Of a stretch of DNA of 64,000 nucleotides, positions 36,879 through 50,760 are shown one piece after another. The stretch spans positions 880,023 through 944,022 of the forward strand of contig RDEW01000022.1 of the NCBI GenBank assembly GCA_011109175.1, written 5' to 3'. The translations under genes and the position numbers were made by a program. Within the stretch, counting starts at the first letter, position 1. Every line of letters starts with the position of its first letter. This stretch comes from Dicyema japonicum (Eukaryota > Animalia > Dicyemida). The notes under the pieces are model-generated. The model searched no databases, was not told the DNA's origin, and saw nothing but the letters and a program-made list of their open reading frames with translations.

Positions 36879-38500
36879 CAGTCAACACTCTCTATAATGA
36901 ACCCTCTCTATAGTGAACATGCCATATTAATGCAATTCACAATATCTTCACCATTAAAGAATAGTGAACGTCAAATGCTTGTGAACATAAAAAATATTTA
37001 AATTAATATTTTATATATTTAAATTTAAAATTTTTTAAAATAAATAAATTAAATGTTTTACAATAAAAATCGAAAACTCCAATCATTTTTTCAAAAGAAG
37101 GAAATCATATAATTTTTTTATAAACATGGATATTACAAAAAGCGTGATTTATCTCTTTATTTCAATGTTTCTCTTGACTGCATAAACACAATTTTGAAAA
37201 ATACTGAAGGGAATACTTAATTTTCAAGATTATCAAAAAAAGAAAAAAATGTACTTGCCCAAGTCCCAACCATTCGACGGATATCTATTTGAATGGTTCG
37301 TTAAAATCCCATCATTTGGATTTACAATCAACGAATATCAATTAAAGTCCTTGTCTCTAAAAATGGCAAGATTTTTAATATTCAAGGATTTCAAGCATCA
37401 AATGGATGGCTTGAGAAAATTAAAAAATCGATATTACATGCTTCCCGTACTTTAGTGAGGAAAATGGAATTGTTGAAACCTCAGTGATTGAGAACTTTAC
37501 AGTAAGTTTCAATAGACAATTTGAACAAATTTCTTCAAAAAATATTTTAAATTGGACAAAACTGGATTGTTTTTTAAACTTTTTGGGGACAGAACATTAG
37601 CTGTTGACTCAGACTAAAAACTTTCGAATATACCGATAAAAGAAAGAGTAACAGTTATTTCTTGCGTTAGTATGATGGAGAAAAACTTGACCCATTTGTA
37701 TTGAAAAGGCAAAAATCCACGTGCTTTAAAGGAAATACAAATTTAATAAATATTTTACAAGTAGATTACAAATCAAATAAAAACCATAAATGAAATATGC
37801 TCTTTTTTCAGAATGACTTGTAGAATTGAAAAAAATTGATTTTGCAAAAAAAAATTCTAATTTTACTTAATAATGCAACCGTACACTCACATGATTTAGA
37901 GTTTACCATTATCGAACTCTTTTTTTATCCACACACAACATCAAAATTACAACCCCTTGATCAAGGAATAATAAAATCATTCAAAGACAAGTATAGACAA
38001 CTCCTATGTGCACACTTGATTGAATTTTATACTAATGATACCAATGTAGGCACAAAAAGTTACGAGAGTTAAAGAAATTCACTCTATTGAATTTCCTGAT
38101 AATCATAAATCAAGCTTTACTTGAAATTCTCAGAATTGACAATTACAGATTGTTTCACTAAAGCTTTTGAAAATGCGTTAAAACCTGACAGAAGTAGAAG
38201 AAAAGATAATGAAAATTTTTATGATTCATGAAAATAATCAATTTGATAATGAAAACTTCATACATAACTTTTCGAGAAAACTAAAACAGCATGACGAAGT
38301 TGAAGAGGAAGAGAAAGATGAAAAAAATTCATGTTCCGACACTATATGAAGTTAATGAATATATCAAGGCGCTCGAATTATGGTTTCTTTAGAAAAAATT
38401 ATGAAAGAAGAGAAAAAAGTTTACGAAATACGAAAAATTTTTAAAAATTATCAAACTAATCATTCACAAAAAATATCTGATTACATGAAAAAAAGTATCT
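36879..38500 (+). mobile_element. Tigger/pogo (CENP-B HTH + DDE_1) transposon, degenerate
   Basis: TA|CAGTC terminus; N(W)TKTGLFF, KERVTV, LLNNATVH..PHTTSKLQPLDQGIIKSFKDKYR motifs. Confidence 0.88.
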
Positions 38501-38544
38501 AATTTATCTTTGTAATTACTTTATTATTGTTGATTGTTATTTTA

Positions 38545-38875
38545 GCCGGGTGGCATAGTGGTTAGGTGTCGGGCTTAAGTGGCTTAGGCTACGGGTTCGA
38601 ATCTCGCTGCTGTTCACCTGATGGAAGGTTCCACGGCATCTACGATGCAGAAAGGTTTGACGAGTGACGCCGTCATCAGTGGATACTCACTGCGGAACTG
38701 GATTGTCTAGAAAGGACACTCACACAAGAAAAGAAAAAAGAAAGTGAAGATCATTCCTTGGTTCTACGATTAGTTAAAAATTAACTGTTCTTACTTAAAT
38801 AAAGTGTGTGTCGCTGCATATGCGAGCTAATACCACGGCTCCGTGAAAAAGGCTGGTTATTATTATTTATTATTA
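38545..38875 (+). mobile_element. Full-length tRNA-derived SINE with (TTA)n tail
   Basis: GCCGGGTGGCATAGTGG (A box), GGTTCGAATC (B box); closely similar to 24040-24341. Confidence 0.9.
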
Positions 38876-39205
38876 ACAGTCGTCATACTGCAAGATCGTG
38901 CTAGGAACGCGTGATTAGTTAATTTGTTTAAGCCGATTTTCTCTAGTGTTATTATTATGACAGGTTTTTATTTTTCAAAGTTATTAAAACTATTAGAACC
39001 CATAGGCAAAAATAAGGAACGAATTTCAAAGTAAATTCCAAAAACTCATGAAAATGGCTTTTATTATTTATAGAGAGATCAGGAGGAAACACGCTATGTA
39101 TGCCCTGTCAGAAGAGGAAAGATCAGGAATCGCTCACGTCTATTGTAAAGGAAAATATTTGCTTGTTTTCTTCTGGAAATTTCGTCTATTGTAAAGGAAA
39201 ATATT

Positions 39206-40935
39206 CGTTCGGATGTTTACTGGAAACAGAACGAACATGCCTTGTGTGGTCCTCAAGATTGACATAAAAAACGCCTTCAATACCATACGGCGCGATGTAA
39301 TTTTGGAAGATTGTCTTACCCATTACCCGTCTATATATAATTATGTTCATTGTTCGTATGGAAAACCGTCCAGTCTTGTACATGGGAAATACTTCATTCC
39401 CTCGTCGTGTGGAGTTCAGCAAGGAGACCCACTAGGACCGGCATTGTTCTGCCTCGGTGTCGACCGTGTCATGAGATGCCTTACTACTCCGCTGAACGTG
39501 TGGTATTTGGATGATTGCACCCTGGGAGGTCATCCTAACAATGTATATGACTGTCTACAGAGATTACTAACCCAATTGGATACGCTTGGTTTAAAGCTAA
39601 ACGCATCCAAATGCGAAATTGTTAATTATGGATTCTCCCGATATGAATGGAATCGGATCCTATTAATGTTTCGGGGGATTATTCCTAAAATATCGGAAAT
39701 CGAGCCGGATCATTTGGAAATACTTGGATGCCCTCTGGCTGAAACTGGAATTAACGACACTCTGTTGGCTAAAGAACAGCAACTAAGAAAAACTTTTTTA
39801 CGCCTTGGGATGCTGGATGCACATACCTCTCTTTTTCTCATGAAAAACGCTTTATCCACGCAGAAATTAAATTACGTCCTTCGAGGAGCTCCATGTTACC
39901 TGAAAATGCAACAACTCGGGGCGATTGACTCCCTATTCCGGTCTACGACCGAACGTATTACTAATGTCGAATTCGACGAACAAGGATGGGAACAAGCAAC
40001 CTTGCCCGTTCGCTTTGGTGGACTCGGAATTCTCTCACCATCTGATTTAGCACACCCGGCATATCAATCCTCATTGGACTCCAATCAGAATTTGATCATG
40101 ATGATTCTCCAGCTCCCATCAGAGTCGTCAAAGAAGATTTGGTAACCCTAAAGTCAAACAACCGGGCAGAGAGACCTTTATGAGTCTGTTGCGAGGATAA
40201 ATACGAGAGGCTTTTGAAAATATCTAACCAACACCGACGAGCCTGTCTTTTAACTGCAAGATGCGAGTGGAGCGGGGCTTGGATCAATGCCCTACCCATT
40301 GGAAACGTGGGAACTCACCTAGACGATGAAACGGTCCGCACCGGAGTCTCCATCAGACTTGGATTGAAAGTTTGTCAACCCCATGAGTGCCGATGCGGCC
40401 GGAAGGTCGACTGCTATGGACATCATGCCCTTTCTTGTCGAAAAAGCGCAGGTCGATTCGCTAGACACAAGGCTATAAATGAAGTGGTGAAGCGCGCCCT
40501 CGAGTTGGCGGGATACCCATCCATTCTAGAGCCAACGGGCTTGAGTAGGGATGATGGGAAGCGACCCGATGGAATTACTGTCTTCCCCTTCTCTCGGGGC
40601 AAATGCTTAATTTGGGATGCTGCCTGTACTGACAACTTTTCCCAGTCGAAACTTTTGAGGTCGGCAATGAAAGCGGGAGAGGCCGCCCGTTTATATGAAA
40701 ACTCAAAATAAAGAAATACAGCAGCCTCCTAAACCGTTTCCATGTACAGCCAGTGGTCATCGAGACGAACGGAGTCTTTGGCCCCAAGACGGTCTCTTTC
40801 CTTAGAGCACTTGGGTGTCTATTGACCAAAGCCTCGAGGGAGCGTCGGGAAACCGAGTGGCTTTTCCAAAGGATATCCCTGGCAGTAGTCAGAGGTAACA
40901 GCCACTCGATCATATCCGCTGGACTCAGTAATTAA
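39206..40935 (+). mobile_element. 5'-truncated CRE-clade non-LTR retrotransposon (RT, zinc motif, restriction-like endonuclease)
   Basis: KIDIKNAFN, GVQQGDPLGP, WYLDD, LPVRFGGLG, CRCG..HALSC, RHKAIN, KRPDG, FQRISLAVVRGNS; two reading-frame breaks. Confidence 0.93.
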
Positions 40936-42929
40936 CTACTCTTGTTGTTATTGTAACTGGTTTTGTAAATTTATTTTTAAAATTTAAAAGCAACAAGGAA
41001 TATAATTAATGTATTATTCAAAATACGTAATAAAATTGAATAAATGACTTAAATTGAATAAATTAACCAAATCTAATTTCTAACCAAAAATTTCTATATC
41101 TCATAGTCATGTTAGCATTTATTAATTACGCTTGCCACACCAGCCAAGCACGTTGGTTGTGATCCTTATTGCACTACACACTGAAATAATATTTATAATT
41201 ACAAATGCGATTTGCTGATTCGTAGGATGTCTAATAATATTAATATAAAAAAGTACATTCCATCATTATTTATTCTCATATAACCATTAAGCGTAGGTTT
41301 ATACCTAAACTAAATATAATTCTTTACGCTTTTGGATTGTTGATTGGATCAGTACATAATGCACGCATACTAATTTAATATTAAAAATACTAATATAATG
41401 AAACTTGATAAGATACAGCTATCCTGAAAGATTGTATAATGGAATAAGGAGGGAAATCACTATACATTAATAATATAATTTACACAGATCGAAGATTTAT
41501 CAGTGTTCCAGCAAGATCAATATGGATAAATTTTAGTCTCATGCAGTTGTTAAAAGATCTATCAATTTAAAATATATAAAACATTAGTACAATTGTACTA
41601 GGAAAGTATTCGAATGAATAGCTGCAATACTATTATCATTTTGGCAATAACTATAAATGATTTATAATGTAATACAATCGATAAACATTCAGTTTATTGA
41701 ATAATAAAATATCTCCGGGGAGTAGTGATATTTCGTGCACTAAGAATAACTGATGACATTGAAAAGTAGCTAAGTTCAGGATTTCTGCCAAATTCACAGT
41801 CTGTCCAATATCTGTGATAATAAATAATTTTAAATATTACAAATAGCTATCAACGATTTCTTGATCGTTACATTGCTTGGCCATTGTCGAGTGATAAAAC
41901 AATACTGTGAAGATAACGGAATTGTACATCTGAATTAATACATCAATTTACGGAATTTGTGCTTATAAGCCTACTAATTAATTCATATTTCACCTTCCAT
42001 AGCGTCGACATTGCGCTGACACTTGTGCTCAGATTAGAAAATATTTTTTTTCCAATATAACCTTCTCAACAGCTTATCAGTTTCCCTAATAAAATCACAT
42101 CTATAATCTCAAAGAACGTTCGCTCGTTATTTTATATTACCCATATGATTACACCAATGCTATAAGACAATGCTTCTTAACAAGGAACGATTTCTACTCG
42201 TTCGGGTAATACTGAAAACAAAAGGAAAGTCACATCACCAATAAGTACCTCAATCGACAATATTCTGACTTTTATATTTATATAAAGTAAAAGATTTAAA
42301 ATAGTGATTTTTTCTACAAGTTCTTGGGAATTGGATGAATCTTGTTGATCAATTTGACGACGACTAACTGGACATTTATAGAAAGCGAATTTTCGTTAAG
42401 AATCATGAGTGACCAACAATTTAAATTGACCTAATTTCACTTCAATATTGTTGTGGTAAATCAGATGATTTTTCTGTTGCATATTAATTTTTAATAGTGC
42501 TTTAGATTGTTACTTGATTTTATTTCTGAGATATTTATAGATCTTGGTAATTGGTCTCTTTTCCTATTCGTACTATTTGCTGTATTGTTTTTGAAAGGCA
42601 AATAAGATAATCACCTCCAAATGGAAGTATCATCTACTTCTTATTGGAAGGGCTATTTTTAATTAAGGTTAACAATAAGGAAATTTGATGCTTATTTGAA
42701 TATTCTGAATTAATTAACACAATTTTATAATTCGAAAATTACTTTGATATCTCAAATCTTCCATATTTGTTGATATCGAAGATATCACTCTAAGGCTACG
42801 AAATTCATCAGAGGTTTTATGGGTCAGTGTCAAGAACAACCATTTTGCCTACTTAAGATACTGGGCAAACATCGTGACATCTTTCTGTCACTGGATAAGA
42901 CATTGAGAAAATCAGCTGAAATGCTTCAA

Positions 42930-43490
42930 AACATCCACTCTGATGTGCCGAGTTGGAACCAATACAAGCTTCCTACACGCCTCGGAGGAACAGGTCTCAG
43001 GTCGGCGCTGGAGATCGCCTTTCCACCATATGTGTCATCGCTCTCAAGTGGAAGCCTTTTGGACCAAGATTCCTTCTTTTCTTGGGAAAGAGTCTTCGAC
43101 GAAACTCGTCTTGCATGCCTTGTGTCCGCCGCCAACCATGGGAGCAGAGCGTGGTTGGATGCACTCCCAGGGATCGTCGATGCCAAAGGGCTGCATCCGC
43201 TGTCGTGCAAAAGGAGTGCGGGCAGAGCACCCCGCCATGCTGTTATGAACAACATTGTCATGCGTTCTCTTGAAGCTGCAGGCTACCTGGCAGTACTGGA
43301 GCCCGTGGGATTGGACCGCGGAGACTGGAAAAGACCGGATGAGTAAACTATCTTTCCGTTCACTGAGGGAAAATCGCTCGTATGGGACTGCACTGTTGTG
43401 GTTGCTTTCTCGAACTCGATGATACTCAGTTCGGCGCAGTCTGCTGGTTCGGCAGCCGATCTGGCCGAGAAAATCAAGATTAAAAAATAG
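42930..43490 (+). mobile_element. Internally deleted CRE-like LINE fragment (further piece at 44050-44375)
   Basis: LPTRLGGTGLRS, HPLSCKRSAGRAPRH, KRPD and SLVWDCT motifs. Confidence 0.85.
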
Positions 43491-44479
43491 CTCAGTTAGA
43501 AAATCCAAATTACTGAATTAGAAGATCTAAGCCATGTTTACTATTAATTTCTCCTTACTCACGTGGGATGACCTGGAACATCACATTCGTGGGAAAGTGC
43601 CAGAATATCAGCGAAAGAACATGTATTCAATTGCTAGTGATAGAGAAAACCTAAAAGAGCAGGATTGTCTCATTAGGAACCGAGTCGTTGTTTCACGGAG
43701 AGAAAAAGAGCTTAAAGGAAAGAGCAGTACAATTTACTCTCGGTTGGATTAGGAAGAATTCTATAAGATTGGCACAAGAGGCCCATTGGATTGCTTTGAA
43801 ATCAAATACGAGTTTGGTGCGGACCGCGATATCCTCGTCCAATCCAATATCATCAGGCGTTGTTTTTATTCATGACGGCCAATGATCACATAGATGCCTA
43901 ACAATTTATTAATTTTTAAAAATTCGGTGTTTAATTAATTTTTATTTAAAAAATAATAAAACTATTCTTTTTCCTTTTTTCCTTATAAAATAATGACAAA
44001 AAAATAATAAATGTTAAAAAGTGTCAAACATGTTATAATTATTAATATAATAATAATAAAATGGAAAGCATCAAGATGGGATAACTATTTCCCCTTCTGC
44101 TTGATTTGGGATGGGGCCTGCACCAACACTTCTGCTAGTTCTAGTTGAAGCTGCGGAGGCCCTCAAAATAAAAAAATACGACAACCTCTACCAAATTCCA
44201 TGTACAGACGAGCGGAGTTTTTGGCCCCGAGACGGTCTCTTTTCTAAGATCGCTTGAGTCAATGATATCGAAAGTGAGTATTGAGCGTCAGGAAACCGAA
44301 TGGCTGTTTCAAAGGATTTCTCTGGCAGTTGTAATGGGAAACAGCCATCCCATCCAATCAGCTGGATTTTTTGATTGTTTTGTTACCCTATAAATTTTTT
44401 TGTGTAAAAAAGTTGATAAATTCATAACTATTTTTACAAGTAAAAGTCCATTTTCTTAGTGTAACAATAAAACAAATAT

Positions 44480-45880
44480 AATGCAATGTCGCCACGTGGT
44501 TGATTGGTAGGAAGTTTAAGGTGTTGACGTACCTCTATTGCCCAAAATATCTACTAAGCTTCTCGATCGATAAAAATCTCTCCTTCTCTCTTGTAAGAGC
44601 ATACTAGGAGATGAACTCAGAGGTAATAGAAACCTCAAGTCCTGAACAAAGGAAGTGTTGGATTAGGTTCCTGATTCAAATCTCTTCATGTACAAAAGTG
44701 AAAGAACTAGAGGATCATCGGTCACAAGCTGTACATATAGGATGGTAGTTAATGAGGTTGAATGCTACTACTATTAAGTTCAAGTTTTATAGGTATTATC
44801 CTCTCCGACTCAATCAGCATTCGCTCTCAGGACAGTTGGTAGAGATACTCGGTTTCACTGGTGGAGCAACTGGTTTTTAGTTAGGATATATTATTTATAT
44901 GTCCTTTTCGCCGCCGACACCAGCGACGCCTTGCATCCTCCGAAAAGCCACATCTGGTTCACAAGGTACTATCTCATAGACAGCCACTTCAGTTCTCACA
45001 TTGGCTGAGTGAGGGAGCGTCGCCATATAAACATTGAAAAGGGTGAGGCTCAATACTGAACCTTGTGGAACTCCCTGTTAGATCTAAACAACTTGATCGG
45101 CAACCTTTATGTCTCATGTAGTACATCCGGTCTTCCAAGAAACTGGAGATCTAGGTTCTCAGCTCCAAGGGAATTTTTGTATCCACTAGGGAGCTTTGAA
45201 GGCCGTCGTGGCAGACCGAGTCTAACTCCCTATTCACAGCTCATCATCCTCTGGGTGCGGATCTGAGAGGTCAACCTCCAAAGGCAATCACCAAAGAATC
45301 GCCCTTCACGGAACCGCATCCGAAGGTCCGAAAGGGTGTCTTTTATTATGCACTCCTGTGATAACCTCTGGTGTATCACTTTCTCTAAGATTTTAGCGAC
45401 GGCAAGCAACAGGCTAATAGACCGGTTTCCGGAGGTTTTCCTGGTTTCTTTACAAAAACTTTTGAACGCCTAGGAACGTTACCCAGCATGAGGCTACCGT
45501 TATACGGTCTTATCAGTCCCCCGAGTAGACTTATCGAAGGTGCTTCAAAAGGTCAATCGAAATCTTGCCCTGGCCCGGCTGCTTGTTCTTCTACTTCCGT
45601 ATAGCAGCTAGGACCTATTCCATAGCTATTACCTGGAAAGAAGTGCTCCCACTATCTTCATCTAGTAATAGGGAAGATTTTCCTCGTATCTACACTTCGT
45701 TCGATTTCGCATAAATTTTTTTCTAAGTATTATTTTACTCAAAATCAGGCCTGGTATGCGAGGGCTATTTTCCCACAAAGTTTGTTTTCAAGAATATCTC
45801 TGAGGGAAGCATCCATCTCCTCCAGGTTCACTACAAAATTTCCATTTAAGAGAAAAGAGTTTTTTATCCATGAACGACTC
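44480..45880 (-). mobile_element. Degenerate Jockey/I-like LINE RT relic
   Basis: Minus strand encodes SISLL and GVPQGSVLSLTLFNVY; gccacgtgg 3'-region motif shared with 5697, 29376 and 32735. Confidence 0.65.
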
Positions 45881-46179
45881 TAGACTGTCTCAGTGGTTAG
45901 AGCCCAAGTAATATAGCTAGGGCAACCGAAAGTCAACGAAGTCAACTTGAGCTCTTTGTTTTATTTGTAGTGTTAAAATGCGATTAATCAAATTATTTTA
46001 ATAAAAAATGTTTATATAAAAAGTTATAAATGCAATAAAGTCAAGTTTTACTTTTACGGTCAACTTTTATTTTGAGCAATTTTTTATTTATTAATAATAA
46101 AAAATATTATAAATTATTATAGCAATTTTTATTTATTAATAATAAAAAAATATAGCAATTTTTTAACATTGATATAATT

Positions 46180-46735
46180 TCAAACTGCACGTGTCTTCGG
46201 TTCTTGTTGACTGTTTTTTATAATGCCTAAAAACAAAATTTTTATATTTCTAATATTTGCTTTAAATCTTGTAATAGATGTAATAAGGACGACATACTCT
46301 TCGTTTTCAACGTTCTCAATAAGATCCTTTTCAATTTCGCTTACCTTGGATGCTATTTCATTCTTGTTTAGGGGTTTCAAGTCAGTAGCTTCTTCATGGA
46401 TGAGTATCTCAGTATCATCAATTAATGATGTTACTTCTTCGCTATTTTTTTAGAATAATTTATAGACATAAATTCTTCGATTTCAATCGTATCGTGAATA
46501 CCCGACTTTTTTTAGAATTTGAAAACAAATTTTGATTGTTTTAGGGGATTCATCTTCTCAGGCCATTTTATAAATAGAACAGTGTCTTTAAGGTTCAAAT
46601 ATGATTCATAAACTGATTTTTCCAATAATCCAGTAAGATACTCCAATTTGTGTCTATTAATGTGGACTTTGAATGTGTTAATAATTCCCAAATCCATTGG
46701 CTGAATTATTCCTGTAGCATTTTAGGAAAGAACAT
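46180..46735 (-). mobile_element. Tigger DDE_1 C-terminal fragment
   Basis: NATGIIQPMDLGIINTFK motif. Confidence 0.75.
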
Positions 46736-46739
46736 TATT

Positions 46740-47470
46740 TTAATATTTTCCAAATTCTGATCCTTTTCCCATGCATCTTTCCAAAATGACAACTCATCTT
46801 CTGTAACTTTACAATCACTATTATTGACGTCATCGTTGAGCCTCCAATGAAACTTTTCTTGTTCAGCTCAAAACAAAAATTATCTTGTCTAAAGGATTTT
46901 TGATTCATGAATTGAGATTTTTTTACCAAGATCTTGATTTTGTCTTCAATTAGGGTAGAGATTTTTTTCAGTTCTCCCTTCTTTGATTTCTTTATCCCAA
47001 CGAGCATTAAAATCATGCGTTTTCTCCTTTTCTTACTTTGACTGCTTCCCAGTAAACTCATGGACTAAGGCACAATTTTCTTTGAATTTGGCAATTCTCT
47101 TCTCCACGTTTTCCCTCCTAAAGCTTTTTTCTGATTGCTTCTTTTTGAAATTCTCATATGCAGATTGTGCAGCATTAATAATGTCAGTTATCTCATTCAT
47201 TCCGTGGCGGAGATGATGACACATTATTGGATATCACTGCATGTAATGTAGTAGGAACATCCTTTTTAAGGAACTTATATGGAATCTTCTGTGTAGGTTT
47301 CCTTCTATCTCGGGGAACTGATTTATTTCTCTCAAGTTGAACATAAAATTCTTCTTTGCATCTTCCATACACGGAAATTTCTGTTTTTGGTAAGTTGTTC
47401 TCTGAGCCTCCTGATCCGATTAAAGCATCTCAACTTATCTGGTCCACGCGCGTCTCTTAGGCTTTACATT
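46740..47470 (-). mobile_element. R4-like retrotransposon N-terminal fragment
   Basis: FRQDNFCFELNKKSF matches FRKYNCCFELNRSRF upstream of the RT at 11140. Confidence 0.55.
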
Positions 47471-48212
47471 CAATAGTTTTCTAGCGTTGAGTACACTTTT
47501 ATGAGTGGAGAAACGGGCATTGAATTGCGGGACGATGAGACTCCATCCACCCAAGGGATTGTCCCGAATTTCCTTTTCGCAGAGTTGACAACCATTTGAG
47601 ATCCATTTGATTCTGTCACCTGATCGAATCTCAGTGATTAATGTTTTGAGGGACAGCAGATGAGCAAAACATTTCCCACAGGAGATCGTATGCTCGTTCC
47701 ATTGGCATCATGTAGTCCTAAAGACACACTTCTCAATTCTAACTGGTCTCTATCTTCGATATTCTCTGTAAGACGGCCCTCTGGATTTGTAGCAAACTGG
47801 TAAAAACAGACATACACACGACCACTAGAACAAATTTTATTTAATTTAAATCAACAAATATACAAATCAATATATTTTAGTTTTAATTTATCTTCTTCAA
47901 TACAAAAAATCGCAACTCTCGACCATTTTTAGTAATGCAAACCACGGATCGCTTGAAACTGAAACTTTGAACAAATCGTTTGATTTTATCCCTTTCTCTT
48001 GAGTCAATGAATTTATCGAGTTTTCCCGATTCACTGAAAATCTTAATATTTAAATTGCTTCTCTTGTTATTTCCACTAGAACCATACTTTATAATTGATA
48101 TTTTCAAAAAAAAACTATGTAAAAGTTTTATTTTTTATTATTAATAATTTCTTCTAATGAAATGTTTTCTGAAAAATGTTTTTTTCGTATTTGAGCATTG
48201 ACCTCTCGGCTT

Positions 48213-48248
48213 TTGTTTACTTTAACGTCTTTCTCGGTGTATCCGGGG
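48213..48248 (-). mobile_element. piggyBac-like right end
   Basis: 35/36 inverted match to 32438-32473, followed by TTAA (48249-48252). Confidence 0.7.
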
Positions 48249-49098
48249 TTAATTAAATTAAACTAAACCTTTCGGCTTTGGCGTCTCGCAGATCTGGACT
48301 ATAATTTTTAAAAATTGTGGAAAATTTCAGAATTGGTAAATATCATTGAAAAATAGAAAATTATTATAAGAATGACAGATTTCAGAAGTGGAAAATTCAA
48401 AAAGTTGCAAATTTGAGAGCGTTTACTGTATTAATAAATTTATTAAAAATTTATAAGCGGTTCCCCGACGGAACCATTACATCAACGTACTGTGACATAA
48501 ATAACCGATTTTACGTGATAGAATTATTATTGTTTCAAAATTTGTTAAAATTATCGCTAATAACAGAAATAATTTCAGTATGGGAGTATGCGTCCAGTGA
48601 TCCGGCAAACATGTCGATGCACGAACCAGTATTGTTGCTCTGGGAACGTTCGTCTAGAAGGACGAGCGTAGATTTTAAGCGTATGAACGTCTTCTGACCA
48701 CGTAGAACGTTCATAACCACGACCTATCAATTTGACGCCATTGACAGAAATCAACTGTTTTTCTCTAGTGGTCCTGTTTCTCCCCATTTAATGACCCTGT
48801 TTCGTCCCATCGTCGTCGACTGTAGCAATCTTTTGACATGCCTAGTCTACGGTTTACACCCCCTTCAGCATAGGGCTACTACCCTATGGTTATTCGTCGA
48901 GTTGACCGAATTTAATTGATCATTAAGCGTTATTAACTTGGATTTAAATTTGAAATTTAATGTGGCCGTAAATTTTCCATTACCATGTTGGAGTTAATTA
49001 ACCCGGCCTTTTCCGTTTCTAATCAAACGTAGCAATAAAAATAGCATTATAAATCCTAAGATTTTTATCGTAAAACTCAAGTTTATTGCAATATTCAG

Positions 49099-50340
49099 TC
49101 AAACATGATTCTTAACGAAATCTTGATTTCTGTAAAAGTCCAAATATTCATCGGGGAACTCATCGATGAGATTCATAGACTTCATTCGAATCCAATTGGC
49201 AAGGCACTTCAAAGAAGACGGATTATATTCGGCATGAAATTTGTTAGCGAAAAGAGCTTTGCTTGTAATCGCATTTTGCAAATCTTGTGCTCCCAATATA
49301 CAGACAGTTCGAACATAGAATCCATAGCACGCACGTGGGTACCATATTTTGTAGCGATTTCCAATTTTGTCACATTTGAATGAATCTGATTTCAAAGGAT
49401 CGATGTGGGCTTAAATATGAACATATATTACCAGCCAGAGATCCCGGGACGTTCAGAATCCTCGAATTAAAGTTTAATGTCGAATAAAATGTTTCGTCGG
49501 GAAATTCTGCGTCTTCCAGCCATTTTAATAAAACGGAAGAATTTGAATTTTCAAAAATATAGCCGATAAATCCTCGACAGAAAACGCCGTTTACTGGTCC
49601 CTTATACGGTTCCAAGCCGAGTGGGGGATTTGGGTCCTTTTTTCCATATCTGTCTTTTCTAACGTAAAAATCAAAGGATACGGCAATTCCCGAGTTACCC
49701 CAATCCAGTTTGAGCCATTGAGGGCTTTGGTTATTCTAACAATTTCATTATTTGATTTTAGCGGGAATTCCTCCCCCGTTAGATTTATCAAATACTTCCA
49801 ATCCGTGTACTTCTCGTATAGTATCTTCATGCACTCTAGCTCCGGCAGTAAATTGGTCATTTCCCCCCATTGGACGTCGTGGGAGCTAATGACTACCACA
49901 TTTTGGAGACAACTCGTGATATTTTTAACACTTTGGAGAAATTCTGTGCTTGATTTTTTATCCACGTGGATGCAATAATAGTTGTTGGTTCGATAAATCG
50001 TCCTTAGCAGCTGTTCAAACTGTCGAGAATTCCTGTAGACGATCAAGGTGTAGGCCAGAGGATTCGCCCGCTCTTCCTGGGAGAGTGGATATGAATAATA
50101 TCCACGTGACTGAGCATTTTCATTGCAGCTTGTGACTCGAATATTTCCCATATATGATTTGTCCACTTCTTCCCTCAGTTTTGAGATTTCTTCTGAATTT
50201 CCATCAAGCAGTGAGAAGCAGTCTACTTTGTTGAAGTCTTCCCTGACGAGCTTGGAAAGCAGAAAACCAACACTCAGAAATATTATCACACCCTTTGCTA
50301 TTTTCATTAACCGAATTTGCCTATACAGGCCGATCATCAT
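49099..50340 (-). CDS. GCNT: Core-2/I-branching beta-1,6-N-acetylglucosaminyltransferase (GT14); introns 49659-49681 and 49410-49431
   Basis: N-terminal TM helix; PLSQEERANPLAY, YCIHVDKKS, WKYLINLTGEEFPLKSN, PDETFY, CYGFYVRTVCILG and LFANKF motifs. Confidence 0.93.
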
Positions 50341-50449
50341 CGATTTGTGGGGAAATGTCGGTAATATGGGTAATTAGTAACGACCAGTCTTGTGGTTGAG
50401 CCGTAAGATCTTTTACGTATCTTTGATGTCACAAGGAGATCAAGTGCCG

Positions 50450-50760
50450 AGTAAGAATTTGAAATTTCCACTTGGGATCACTCAAAACTGAACTTTTTCA
50501 TTTTCAGGAGTTGCTTAAATTTGATATTCCTCAGTGGATGATCGATTCATTCATCCAAATTTTAAACTCTGATTCTGAATTAATGGAGGAATTAATAGAC
50601 CACAAAAATAATACATTTTATGAAATTAACATTCAGAATATCTCAATTTCTCTGTTCTGGAAAAATTCAAAGATTACATAACAGTATTCCAAATAGTGTA
50701 ATTCGGTACTTTCCAACTTCATGTCCTGTTGAGAAAATTCAGCTCAATTATTTATTATTA
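50450..50760 (+). mobile_element. hAT transposase C-terminal (dimerisation region) remnant
   Basis: IPQWMID.F..LMEELID..FW..FPTSCPVEK, resembling Buster-type FPTSYLVE. Confidence 0.55.

Noticed and set aside
38545-38615. tRNA gene (also 24040-24105)
   Set aside because: Has A and B boxes but no convincing cloverleaf, and continues into a shared 250-bp body with tail or TSD, so it is a SINE head
48400-49010. Merlin/ISXO2-like or other transposase remnant
   Set aside because: Only vague motif resemblance across frameshifts and no terminal repeats identified
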